Below, piece by piece: positions 1-8,461 of a DNA stretch of 64,000 nt (positions are counted from its first letter, which is position 1; each line of letters opens with the position of its first letter). Source of the DNA: Nostoc sp. (lineage in GTDB: Bacteria; Cyanobacteriota; Cyanobacteriia; Cyanobacteriales; Nostocaceae); the NCBI RefSeq assembly GCF_036919675.1, contig NZ_JBALCP010000054.1, forward strand, positions 9,501 through 73,500, read 5' to 3'. Under the pieces are notes generated by a model that ran no database searches, was not told the DNA's origin, and saw only the letters and a list, made by a program, of their open reading frames with translations. The position numbers and the translations under genes were made by a program.

Positions 1-213
1 TAATTTTTTAACGTAAGGCTGCAAACTCCCAGACAATTCCCCAGTTTTTGCAGCCTTTTGCAACTCAGTAAGGGAGATGGATTCTGTAAATAAACCCAAA
101 CGCACAACAACTGTGTCAGCCGCAATGGCCGAAGTATGTGCCCCGAACTGTGTCAGTACAATTGCGCTAAAGAAACCCGCAACTGTCTTAATATTTCCCC
201 AACTTCTTCCCAT
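1..213 (-). CDS. 5' part of a gene running off the left edge; N-terminus resembles the DUF1400-type domain at the front of cyanobacterial alpha/beta-hydrolase-like proteins
   Basis: A reverse-strand ATG at 213-211 opens MGRSWGNIKTVAGFFSAIVLTQFGAHTSAIAADTVVVRLGLFTESISLTELQKAAKTGELSGSLQPYVKKL. The frame stays open to position 1. It is absent from the ORF track because there is no stop in the window. Confidence 0.5.
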   Translation of the reverse strand, partial: MGRSWGNIKTVAGFFSAIVLTQFGAHTSAIAADTVVVRLGLFTESISLTELQKAAKTGELSGSLQPYVKKL

Positions 214-349
214 AAACTTTTATACCAATTGTTACTTACGGGAATATAACCAATATTTGTGTATTTGACTACTCTATTAATTGCCTAGAAACAAAAGCAA
301 ATTTTTTCTCGAACTTGATGGCGATGTCTAAGGGCGGGCTATGACGCTC

Positions 350-412
350 GAACGCAAGAGCGTGTCGCAGACAAGACTCGCTAACGCTTCTCTACGAAAC
401 GCTCTTGCGTTC
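350..412. repeat. GC-rich short dispersed repeat with 13-bp inverted arms
   Basis: gaacgcaagagcg (350-362) is the reverse complement of cgctcttgcgttc (400-412). The surrounding motifs (ctctacgaaacgc, cgctaacgc) recur at 13.8-14.1, 19.1-19.3, 41.8-42.1 and 53.7 kb. Confidence 0.6.
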
Positions 413-785
413 GCTATCAGCGTTGCTTTTATATCCTCAAAGCATCTGCTAATGCGAACAGAGCTACATCAAAAACATAACAAAAGCAACGAATTGTAGA
501 ATTCATCACAGCTAAAAATTTGAGCATAAATCGGTGTTTACAGCCACAAAAGCCCGATTGTTTCTCAACTAAGTTTAATACTGTAACGAAGCTCTAAAAA
601 AGGGTAAGCGATCGCATCTCCAATCTGCACTTTTTGTGGGCTGATGTCTTGAGTGCAATTTGTTTTGACAGGAAACTTTAACCGACCGCTGAATGTTTTG
701 TCTTTGCCCTTTAGCTTGCTGCTGTGGCTGCACAATCATTACTCATCAAAATCTACCAGCTGCATCAACAATTTTTCTTGGCTTT

Positions 786-1238
786 ATGCGTCACAGACTC
801 CGCTATATTTTAATTTTGCTGCTCTCCCTGAGTATTATTACACTGTACTGGCCTGTGAATAATTCTGATTGCAATTCCGAGGCGATTCTTGCATCAAAAA
901 CTACAAAATTCCAAGTACATGCTACTAAGGTTATTGTTCAGCCGTGGCATGGTCGTCACCATGTATATGGAATCTTTATGATTCCTAATGAATACAAACA
1001 AGCTCAATTTTTTGTGTTAACAGTCAAAGGTGCTGGCAGTTACTGTTCAAAACAATTTGGTTATCAAAAAAACTTTAATGATATCTTTGCTGAACCAGGA
1101 ACTTATCTGCTGAGGAAGTTTATTAGAACTCGAACAGCTCTGCGGCTGATTCTCCAAGGTTTGTACTTTCAGATCAATGATAAACAGAACTGGACGTTGA
1201 CTTTCCCTGAACTAAAAGTTGGTCAACATAATTCGTAA
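786..1238 (+). CDS. hypothetical protein with N-terminal signal/anchor
   Basis: This is the ORF-track frame 693..1238. An internal ATG at 786 gives MRHRLRYILILLLSLSIITLYWP, a hydrophobic leader. I recognised no family. Confidence 0.4.
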   Translation: MRHRLRYILILLLSLSIITLYWPVNNSDCNSEAILASKTTKFQVHATKVIVQPWHGRHHVYGIFMIPNEYKQAQFFVLTVKGAGSYCSKQFGYQKNFNDIFAEPGTYLLRKFIRTRTALRLILQGLYFQINDKQNWTLTFPELKVGQHNS

Positions 1239-1330
1239 TTGTAGCCCCATGTCTGTTCGTACAGCGTGCCGTAGGCAAATAAGTAATGAATAAATTTATT
1301 TTTTCATTACAGTTATTTTCAGATAAATAG

Positions 1331-1385
1331 GCCACGCCCTATGTGCACAGCATTGCTGTGTCCCTACAACATATGTGGTTCAAAG
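1331..1385. repeat. hairpin-forming dispersed element (gcacagcattgctgtg core)
   Basis: The string aaataggccacgccctatgtgcacagcattgctgtgtccctacaacatatgtggttcaa is closely similar to 18935-18990. Confidence 0.6.
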
Positions 1386-1443
1386 AAATGAAAACTGCTG
1401 TAATAAATTAAGTCACTCTGTCCCTGAATTGATTAATTACGAA

Positions 1444-2514
1444 TTAGGAATTATTTACTGAGCTTGGTGGTTGAGTTTCTAAAATCTCGTTTTTCTCTAA
1501 CAAGGCAGTAGTAGCATTGACTACAATTTGTGCTGCTCCTGTGAAAAACGATCGCTCGATAGTCACTGGAACATCGCTAGGTTTATGATAGTGGGGAGTC
1601 CGTAAATTTGCGGTATCTGTCACCAGTACAGCGCCCACACCCTGATACCAAAATGGTGCATGGTCGCTGCGTAGGGTGTCTGGTGTCAGTAAACCTTTAA
1701 AAGGAATTGGTAGTGTTAGGACTGGTGGCAAATTTGATTCTTGTTTATTCAGAGCGGTTGAGGGGAACATCTGTGAGCTTTGAAAGGCATTCAGCAAAGG
1801 CAAATGTTCTGTATCACCGACTACTGCCAAAAAGTCGCCTTTGTCGCTAGGTGGGGTAACAGGCAATCCGGCAGGGTATTTTTGACACCCAGCAGTGTAA
1901 CAAGCATAACCCACCATATCCATAACGATCGCTCCGCCCAAGTTTTGCAAGCGTGGTGTCTTGCTAACGAAAGCCTGACTACCTAAAAGCCCTGCTTCCT
2001 CTTTGTCAAAAAAAGCTAACTGTAACGTCCGTGGCGTGGAACGGGAACCGAGCAATCGGGCTACTTCCAGCACCACGGCTACACCACTGGCATTATCATC
2101 AGCACCAGGGGATAAGGGAACAGTGTCGTAATGCGCTCCTACAAGAATTGCTTTAGCGGCTTTGTTAGTTCCTGGGCGTTCGGCAAAAATATTCACACCC
2201 TCAGAGAACTTTTCCAATTTCGGCTTCCAGCCTAATTTTCTCAGTTCAGTTGTGATATAAGTGCGAGTAAGCGATCGCTCTGTTGTTGTGTAACGCTGAA
2301 AATTTAACTTTTGGATATGGGTTAACAGCTTGTCAGTAGACACTTGCAGCGCAATGTCAACTTCCTTTGGCTCTGGCTGTGGTTGGGGTGTTTTCACTGG
2401 AATGCTTTCAACAATTGCTGGTGAGGGACGCTGTTCAAAAAACGTGCTACCTCTGCTACCCACCACGGCAACTGCCATCAGCACCAACAGCATCAGCCAA
2501 ATCCATTTTCTCAT
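1444..2514 (-). CDS. M28-family aminopeptidase, secreted
   Basis: There is a signal-like N-terminus (MRKWIWLMLLVLMAVAVVG). Zinc-ligand motifs are present: HYDTVPLSPGADDNASGV, FFDKEEAGLLGS, MDMVG and SDHAPFW. Confidence 0.88.
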   Translation of the reverse strand: MRKWIWLMLLVLMAVAVVGSRGSTFFEQRPSPAIVESIPVKTPQPQPEPKEVDIALQVSTDKLLTHIQKLNFQRYTTTERSLTRTYITTELRKLGWKPKLEKFSEGVNIFAERPGTNKAAKAILVGAHYDTVPLSPGADDNASGVAVVLEVARLLGSRSTPRTLQLAFFDKEEAGLLGSQAFVSKTPRLQNLGGAIVMDMVGYACYTAGCQKYPAGLPVTPPSDKGDFLAVVGDTEHLPLLNAFQSSQMFPSTALNKQESNLPPVLTLPIPFKGLLTPDTLRSDHAPFWYQGVGAVLVTDTANLRTPHYHKPSDVPVTIERSFFTGAAQIVVNATTALLEKNEILETQPPSSVNNS

Positions 2515-2672
2515 GTGATTTATCCCTGGCTTCCTGACTTAAGGTAGCGCAAATCCACAGGCATAACTTTCCAAAATTGCTAGGAAGGGTTTAATATTTT
2601 GGTTTCTTAAATTCTTAAATAAACCTGCAAAGTCACTTTGCAATAAGTTTAATTGTCTATTTTAATACAATT

Positions 2673-3047
2673 TTATTTAATCCAATCTGCTATCGACTCT
2701 TGAGTTTCTTGATCAGTTGAAAGTCTTTTTATCATTAATACAACTTGTTTTTCTGGCACTTCTAAAGAATACCCATTCAATATCAGAAAGGTAGCCATTG
2801 AAACGAAAGCTACCCTTTTGTTACCATCTATAAATGCATGATTTTTTACAAATCCAAAAGCATAAGCAGCAGCTAACTCAAAAACAGTTGGTGTAGGTTC
2901 ACCATAAGCGAATAAATTTTTAGGTCTATCTAAACTAGCTAAAAGCAGATTTGTATCTCTTATTCCTGGAAGTCCGCCGTGTTCTGCTAGTTGTTCTTCG
3001 TGCATCGCTTTAATGACTGCCTCACTCAACCAAAAAATATCATTCAC
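2673..3047 (-). CDS. doc: Doc (death-on-curing) / Fic-fold toxin
   Basis: The Doc-type Fic motif HAFIDGNKRVAF is present. The protein is 124 aa, and its GTG start overlaps the stop of the upstream small ORF (GTGA). Confidence 0.88.
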   Translation of the reverse strand: MNDIFWLSEAVIKAMHEEQLAEHGGLPGIRDTNLLLASLDRPKNLFAYGEPTPTVFELAAAYAFGFVKNHAFIDGNKRVAFVSMATFLILNGYSLEVPEKQVVLMIKRLSTDQETQESIADWIK

Positions 3048-3259
3048 TTAGCTAGCTCACGAAGTGCATTCCGATACTTACTGCTTACTTTTTGATAAGC
3101 TTCCATGGCCTTTTCAAATTCAGACTTGTAAGGTGTCGTTTGAGGATTACCAGAATGTTTCGTAACTAAAAGTACCCCATTCTTAGTATGTCTAAACTTT
3201 AGACTTTGAAAAGATGGTATCAATTTGTTTTTAATCTTACGAAGTCTCAAGGTTTGCAT
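3044..3259 (-). CDS. putative antitoxin partner of Doc
   Basis: This 71-aa ORF lies immediately upstream of doc with a 4-nt overlap, the typical type II TA arrangement. A TAGTATAAT-like -10 lies upstream on the minus strand near 3340. The family (Phd/AbrB-like) is not assignable by eye. Confidence 0.65.
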   Translation of the reverse strand: MQTLRLRKIKNKLIPSFQSLKFRHTKNGVLLVTKHSGNPQTTPYKSEFEKAMEAYQKVSSKYRNALRELAK

Positions 3260-3408
3260 TATAAACTCAAAAGTGGTGGTTAGAAGTTAGAAGATACAAA
3301 TGTTAACGGTAATCCTCAGTTAGCTTTTGGTTAATCAGTTATTATACTATAAATTATTTGTGCAAGAGGTCTCTTTTAGTTTACAGATTGACCCTTATGA
3401 CAGAACAT

Positions 3409-4383
3409 TCATGTTGATCCTTGTTGCAATGGTCTTAGCAAGATGTCCCAAAAATACTCAGCAGCTCCTTGTTGAGACAATAATTTCTTCACATTCTGTT
3501 GGCTTGCAAAGAAAGCCATTCCCAAAGGTTGCAGAAAAAGAGCGTATCCATCATCAACTATAGACATAGATTCATTAATACTATTGTCACTTCCTGAAGC
3601 ATTTGAGGAATATGCAATATCGTTTCCATAAAGATGGCTACTTCCTCTTATCCAAATTCGACATTGAGTAGCTTTCTTTCCCGCAATGTAGACAATAGCC
3701 GAAAAATGATTTGCATCTATACGTTTAAAATGTCTACCCACTTCTGGATTTCGGTTGGATAATTCAGCAAGTGAATTCTCAAAAAAGTTGGCTATGTATT
3801 CAAACGATTCCTCTACAAATTGATCCCTGTCTCGATCCAAGAATGTTTTGCGAATACGGAGATTGCTCGATCTTGGTATATCCAAAATTTGTGGTTTGAC
3901 AGCAGAACCGTAACTTTTGCTTGGTGGCGTGGTGTCCTGACGGGGTTGTAAGGGAGTAGTTGTCGCTTTTACAGCGTTGACTACTTCAAGAAAAGCATCG
4001 TCTTTATCAGGGAATTTTGTGATAGGCTTGCCATCAGTTGGCGTGGCCAAGAACTTGCCAAATGGCGCACTGCGCCAATCGCATGGACGCAGGATGACTG
4101 GTATAATGTGGCAGTCTCTTTGCTCATGCTTTTCCATCGCACGTTGCATCTCAATACCATAACAATAATTGGAAGCTAGAAAATCTGAACTGACTAATAA
4201 AAGAATGATGTCTGCTTCTTCCAAGTTTTTGCTTATTGCCTTATCGAATTCTTCACCAGCAGTTATTCGCCGATCATGCCACGTCTCAATGAAACCTTGC
4301 CTTTTTAGCATAGCAAGATGAACTTCCAGCTCATCGCGCAGGGTTTCATCCCGATGTGAATAAGAGAAAAAAACTGTAGCCAT
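3409..4383 (-). CDS. TIR-domain protein with unassigned C-terminal domain
   Basis: The N-terminal ~140 aa carry TIR hallmarks: VFFSYSHRD, DIILLLVSSDFLASNYCYGIEMQRA (a conserved Glu position) and IPVILRPCDW. A Pro/Thr-rich linker (TTTPLQPRQDTTPPSK) follows, then a ~170-aa region I cannot place. Confidence 0.85.
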   Translation of the reverse strand: MATVFFSYSHRDETLRDELEVHLAMLKRQGFIETWHDRRITAGEEFDKAISKNLEEADIILLLVSSDFLASNYCYGIEMQRAMEKHEQRDCHIIPVILRPCDWRSAPFGKFLATPTDGKPITKFPDKDDAFLEVVNAVKATTTPLQPRQDTTPPSKSYGSAVKPQILDIPRSSNLRIRKTFLDRDRDQFVEESFEYIANFFENSLAELSNRNPEVGRHFKRIDANHFSAIVYIAGKKATQCRIWIRGSSHLYGNDIAYSSNASGSDNSINESMSIVDDGYALFLQPLGMAFFASQQNVKKLLSQQGAAEYFWDILLRPLQQGST

Positions 4384-4609
4384 TCCACGATTATTAATTA
4401 AAGGCAGGTATTTACTTATGATTAATACCTCTATATCTTATACCAGTACAAAAGAACTAATTCCCTAAAGTAAACATCAAGTTTGACAGTTCGTCTTTTG
4501 ACAGAGAGTACAACTTCACTTACACTGCCGCACTAGAGGAGTGCTGAGTACTGAGCAAAGAAGAAGAGAAAAGAATTTCTTCTTAATTCTTCAAAATCTT
4601 TATTCTGAC

Positions 4610-4637
4610 ACTCAGGACTCATGACTCAGAACTCAGG
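4610..4637. repeat. STRR heptamer tandem repeat
   Basis: Four tandem 7-mers are present: actcagg actcatg actcaga actcagg. Confidence 0.85.
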
Positions 4638-4646
4638 AATTTTTTT

Positions 4647-5918
4647 ATGGTAGATTTATTGCTGATCGCAATCCTGGGGTTCCTGGGGAGTTTTGGACAT
4701 TGTTTTGGGATGTGTGGCCCTCTAACAGTGGCGTTTTCCCTGTCTCATCAGCCGAAAATTCCACAAAAAGCTTCCTTGGGACGGACATCAACCTTAGAAA
4801 AGTCCGACACTTGGCAACAGCAATTAAAATTTCATCTTTTGCTAAACCTGGGGCGGATGTTGAGCTATGCTCTAGTCGGTGCTGGGATTGGGGCGCTAGG
4901 TTCGGTATTACTGCAAGGTGGACAGCTAGCGGGTGTTGGCAGCGACTTCCGGCGCTGGATGGCAATTATAACTGGTGTAATGCTGATTTGGTTTGGCTTA
5001 GGACAAGTAAAACCCGATTTGCTGCCGCGCATTCCCGTGTTACATCCCCTATTACAAGGTAGTTTACACGATCGCCTCAGCGCGGGAATGGTTAAGCTTT
5101 CCTTCAAAACCAAATGGTGGACGCCAATGCTTTTGGGGATGACTTGGGGTTTAATGCCCTGTGGTTTCCTGTATGCTGCCCAAATTAAAGCTGCTGAAAC
5201 TGGCAATTTATGGATGGGTGGGGCAACTATGCTGGCGTTTGGCTTGGGAACCCTGCCTACAATGCTAGGTGTAGGCGTCTCCACATCATTGGTAAGTAAA
5301 GACAGGCGCAGTCAGTTGTTTCGATTAGGCGGTTGGGTGACACTCACCATTGGCGTCATCACCTTGTTGCGGACTGGTGACACAATGGTAGATTACACCG
5401 GACACGCCGCTTTATTTTGCTTAATCTTGGCGCTAATTGCGCGTCCTATTAGTGGGTTGTGGGCTTCACCACTGCGTTATCGTCGTGCCTTGGGGGTAGG
5501 AGCTTTTGTGCTTTCTGTGGTTCACACCGCCCACATGATAGAACACTCATTGCAATGGAATTTTGCCGCCTTTGATTTTATGCCACAAGAATTTCAGTGG
5601 GGTATGGCTGCGGGTGCTGTAGCATTGGTATTAATGTCCCCCGCTGCTTTTACGAGTTGGGAATCCTTGCAGAAATCTTTGGGCAAGCGTTGGCGACAGA
5701 TTCATCTATTGGGTGTGCCAGCTTTGCTCTTGAGTGCCATTCATGCTGTGTTGATTGGTTCCCATTACCTGGGTTCCTTGCAATCAACTTGGGGAAATAA
5801 ATTAGCGGCAGTACTGATGGGAATTATTACCCTCAGTGTCTTGCTAGTACGTTCGCGCTTTTTTTGGTCAAAGTTAGCCGTAGAAAAGTTTTATGTTCCC
5901 CCAACCAAATCGCGGTAA
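4647..5918 (+). CDS. polytopic membrane protein: DsbD_2/UreH-like (TauE/SafE-like) N-terminal half fused to a ferric-reductase/YedZ-like heme-b-type C-terminal half
   Basis: The GHCFGMCGP motif sits in the first TM helix. The C-terminal TM helices carry paired His residues (HTAHMIEH, AIHAVLIGSH). Confidence 0.65.
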   Translation: MVDLLLIAILGFLGSFGHCFGMCGPLTVAFSLSHQPKIPQKASLGRTSTLEKSDTWQQQLKFHLLLNLGRMLSYALVGAGIGALGSVLLQGGQLAGVGSDFRRWMAIITGVMLIWFGLGQVKPDLLPRIPVLHPLLQGSLHDRLSAGMVKLSFKTKWWTPMLLGMTWGLMPCGFLYAAQIKAAETGNLWMGGATMLAFGLGTLPTMLGVGVSTSLVSKDRRSQLFRLGGWVTLTIGVITLLRTGDTMVDYTGHAALFCLILALIARPISGLWASPLRYRRALGVGAFVLSVVHTAHMIEHSLQWNFAAFDFMPQEFQWGMAAGAVALVLMSPAAFTSWESLQKSLGKRWRQIHLLGVPALLLSAIHAVLIGSHYLGSLQSTWGNKLAAVLMGIITLSVLLVRSRFFWSKLAVEKFYVPPTKSR

Positions 5919-6588
5919 ATCATTCTTGTTTTCTGGCTCCATCCCAACGAGTCAAAAACAGACAGGTTACCCGCTCAAAGACATTTCCTGGCATCAAGGA
6001 ACAATAAATACTTTATTGTTCCTGAGTTGCTTAGTCATCTCAATAACTAATCTTTACCCTGCTGCTGCTCATCAGGTAGAAGTAGCTGGAGATGTCGGTG
6101 GCACCCTCCACGTTGAACCAAATGATAACCCCCAGGCTGGAGAACCAAGCCAAGTCTGGTTTGCACTTACCCGCAGAGGTGGAAGGGTGATTCCCCTGTC
6201 ACAGTGTAATTGTCAGTTGGCTGTTTATGCCGAACCCTATGCAGCCGGAGAGCCACCACTCCTAGAACCACAGTTAGAATCTGTGGCAGCTGAACGCTAT
6301 AAAGGCATCCCAGGTGCGGAAGTTGTGTTTCCCAAGCCAGGTATTTATGAGTTGCAACTAAATGGGAAACCAGTCTCTGGGGGAAGATTCAAACCGTTTA
6401 AGTTCAAATTTGAAGTGACTGTGGCAGGTGGCTCTACAGATAATACACGAAATCTGCGAGATGTCAATGGTGATTTAGTGGATGGTGAATCTCAGAAATT
6501 CCCAATTTGGGCGATCGCACTGCCAATCTTCGCATTTATCACCATCTTAGTTGTCGTACTGCAAAGTATGAAAGGTGGTAGGGAGTAG
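5893..6588 (+). CDS. exported, C-terminally membrane-anchored hypothetical protein (possible metal-binding beta-sandwich)
   Basis: The frame overlaps the upstream gene by 26 nt. A signal-like segment LLFLSCLVISITNLYPAAA is followed by HQVEVAGDVGGTLHVEP, and there is a C-terminal TM helix WAIALPIFAFITILVVVL. The start is uncertain; an in-frame TTG lies at 6016. Confidence 0.55.
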   Translation: MFPQPNRGKSFLFSGSIPTSQKQTGYPLKDISWHQGTINTLLFLSCLVISITNLYPAAAHQVEVAGDVGGTLHVEPNDNPQAGEPSQVWFALTRRGGRVIPLSQCNCQLAVYAEPYAAGEPPLLEPQLESVAAERYKGIPGAEVVFPKPGIYELQLNGKPVSGGRFKPFKFKFEVTVAGGSTDNTRNLRDVNGDLVDGESQKFPIWAIALPIFAFITILVVVLQSMKGGRE

Positions 6589-6919
6589 GAAAGTGGGGAG
6601 ACATTTTCTTTGTGTCTCCCTTTATGCAAGTCTGAGAGTCAGTTCACCAAAGACCAAAATAACGCTATCGCCTTTTTTTTCAATGTTTTGGACATCTAGC
6701 TGTGCGCCTTGGTTCTCGATTTCTACTTTTTTAAATGAGTAAGCCAAAGCATCTAATTGATGCATTGTGATCCTAATTTGAAAAATAATTGCGACAGATG
6801 CCTTCACAAAACCTTGACGTAGAAGGCGATTCCCAATCCGTCTTGGAAAGTCTGAGCGCTGGAAATCGGCGCTCAGACTTTCGGCAAAATCTAAAATCCA
6901 AAATGGTATGAGGTACATA

Positions 6920-6983
6920 GGGACTTTCAGTTAAAAAAACATCCCATCTCCGGGGCGCAAGGCCAAGATCCCCTACAAATGTA
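6920..6983. repeat. ~64-nt dispersed element, copy 1 of 2 (second copy at 33915-33978)
   Basis: gggactttcagttaaaaaaacatcccatc...ggggc...cccctacaaatgta matches gggacttccagttaaaaaaatatcccatc...ggggc...cccctacaaatgta. Confidence 0.7.
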
Positions 6984-6989
6984 TTTTTT

Positions 6990-7988
6990 TTACCGATGTC
7001 GCTTTTGATGCCACTGCCACGAATGAGCGACAATATCTTTTATGGAAAGGTACTGAGGTTGCCAGCCTAAGATTGTTCTGGCTTTCTCGCTGGTGCCAAT
7101 CAGAATTGGGGGATCGCCAGGACGGCGATCGCGTTCTTCGACTGGTATCGAAATACCTGTCACCTGTTCGGCTGCTGCAATTACTTCTCTGACGGAGAAG
7201 CCGCTGCCATTACCTAAATTGAAAACTTCGCTATCGCCACCTTTTAATAAATATTCCAATCCCAAAATATGGGCATCTGCTAAGTCGTTAACGTGAATAT
7301 AATCTCGAATACAAGTACCATCGGGCGTAGGGTAATCGGTGCCGAAAATTGAGATAGATTCTCGTTTGCCTAAAGCTGTCATCAGCACCAAGGGAATCAA
7401 ATGGGTTTCTGGGTTATGATCCTCGCCAAGCAAACCACTGGGATTAGCACCAGCAGCATTAAAATAGCGGAAACGTACTGATTGGAAACCGTAAGCAACA
7501 TCAAAATCAGCGAGAATCCGCTCTACCATCAGCTTAGTAGCGCCATAGGGATTAATCGGATTTTGGGGATGGTTTTCTGGAATCGGTACAAATTCCGGCA
7601 CCCCGTAGGTGGCACAGGTAGAAGAGAAGACAAATTTCTTCACAGATGCTGTCAGCATCGCTTCTAACAGGGTCAAAGTACCAACAACGTTATTGCGGTA
7701 ATACTTAGCCGGGTCAGTCACCGATTCTCCTACGTAGGCGTATGCAGAAAAGTGCATCACAGCGGCAATATCGCGGGTTTTAAATAGGTGATCTAGCAAG
7801 GCGCGATCGCCTGTATCCCCTACTATCAGTTCTACCTGTAAAATCCCTTCTACCAGGTCACGATGCCCATAGACCAGATTATCAAGGATGACAACGTTAT
7901 AACCCGCTTGCTTCAAAGCAAGCACTGTATGAGAACCAATATATCCAGCTCCCCCCGTCACCAAAATGGTAGGCTTTTCAAGCGACAT
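6990..7988 (-). CDS. galE: UDP-glucose 4-epimerase
   Basis: The Rossmann motif TGGAGYIGSH and the catalytic YGATK are present. The protein is 332 aa with SDR-extended architecture. Confidence 0.9.
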   Translation of the reverse strand: MSLEKPTILVTGGAGYIGSHTVLALKQAGYNVVILDNLVYGHRDLVEGILQVELIVGDTGDRALLDHLFKTRDIAAVMHFSAYAYVGESVTDPAKYYRNNVVGTLTLLEAMLTASVKKFVFSSTCATYGVPEFVPIPENHPQNPINPYGATKLMVERILADFDVAYGFQSVRFRYFNAAGANPSGLLGEDHNPETHLIPLVLMTALGKRESISIFGTDYPTPDGTCIRDYIHVNDLADAHILGLEYLLKGGDSEVFNLGNGSGFSVREVIAAAEQVTGISIPVEERDRRPGDPPILIGTSEKARTILGWQPQYLSIKDIVAHSWQWHQKRHR

Positions 7989-8194
7989 AGTTTTTCCTTT
8001 TGAGTGGATTACTCAATTAATTTAGTTTACCGGTGCCACATTACTCTTCTGGAAAATTATAAATAATAGACGCAGTGTCAAAAAATTGCACTAAAATCAC
8101 TACGACGGTAGTCTTTGGGTGTGAGGTTTGAGGTATTTTAAGTCAAACAGTGCGATTACAATTTGACAATAAAATAAATCCATTTCCCGAAACC

Positions 8195-8445
8195 TCTAGG
8201 TTGACCCTTACGGGTGACGCTCCTAGCGTCGCGATCGCTAAGAAGTCGCTAGTTGTTTTATACCGGGAAACCAATGTACGGCAGTTCCTCTTGGGAAGCC
8301 ACTGCGTTGCCGGGGTTCCCCCGGTTGAAGCATGTGGCGTGGATAACTCCCTACAGCCCTTCGGGCATCCTACGGCAGGCGCTAGCCCTCCCTTTGGGAG
8401 AAGATCGGACTGCCTCACCACCACACTGGCTCACCGCACCAGAAA
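8195..8445. repeat. block of GC-rich short dispersed repeats
   Basis: ggggttcccccggttgaagc, ccttcgggcatcctacggcaggcg and similar motifs recur at 23.1 and 46.8 kb. Overlapping ORFs on both strands (8143-8477) are most likely artefacts. Confidence 0.6.
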
Positions 8446-8461
8446 ATTTGAGAGTTAATCT

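Noticed and set aside
3327-3563. A 78-aa plus-strand ORF.
   Set aside because: It is antisense to the 3' end of the well-supported TIR gene, has a TTG start and no RBS.
6622-6918. A 98-aa minus-strand ORF downstream of galE, with a possible 47-aa version starting at 6765.
   Set aside because: The N-terminal half translates an STRR array and a 14-bp hairpin (gaaagtctgagcgc / gcgctcagactttc). The short version has a plausible AGGA but no recognisable family. The evidence is too weak to call.
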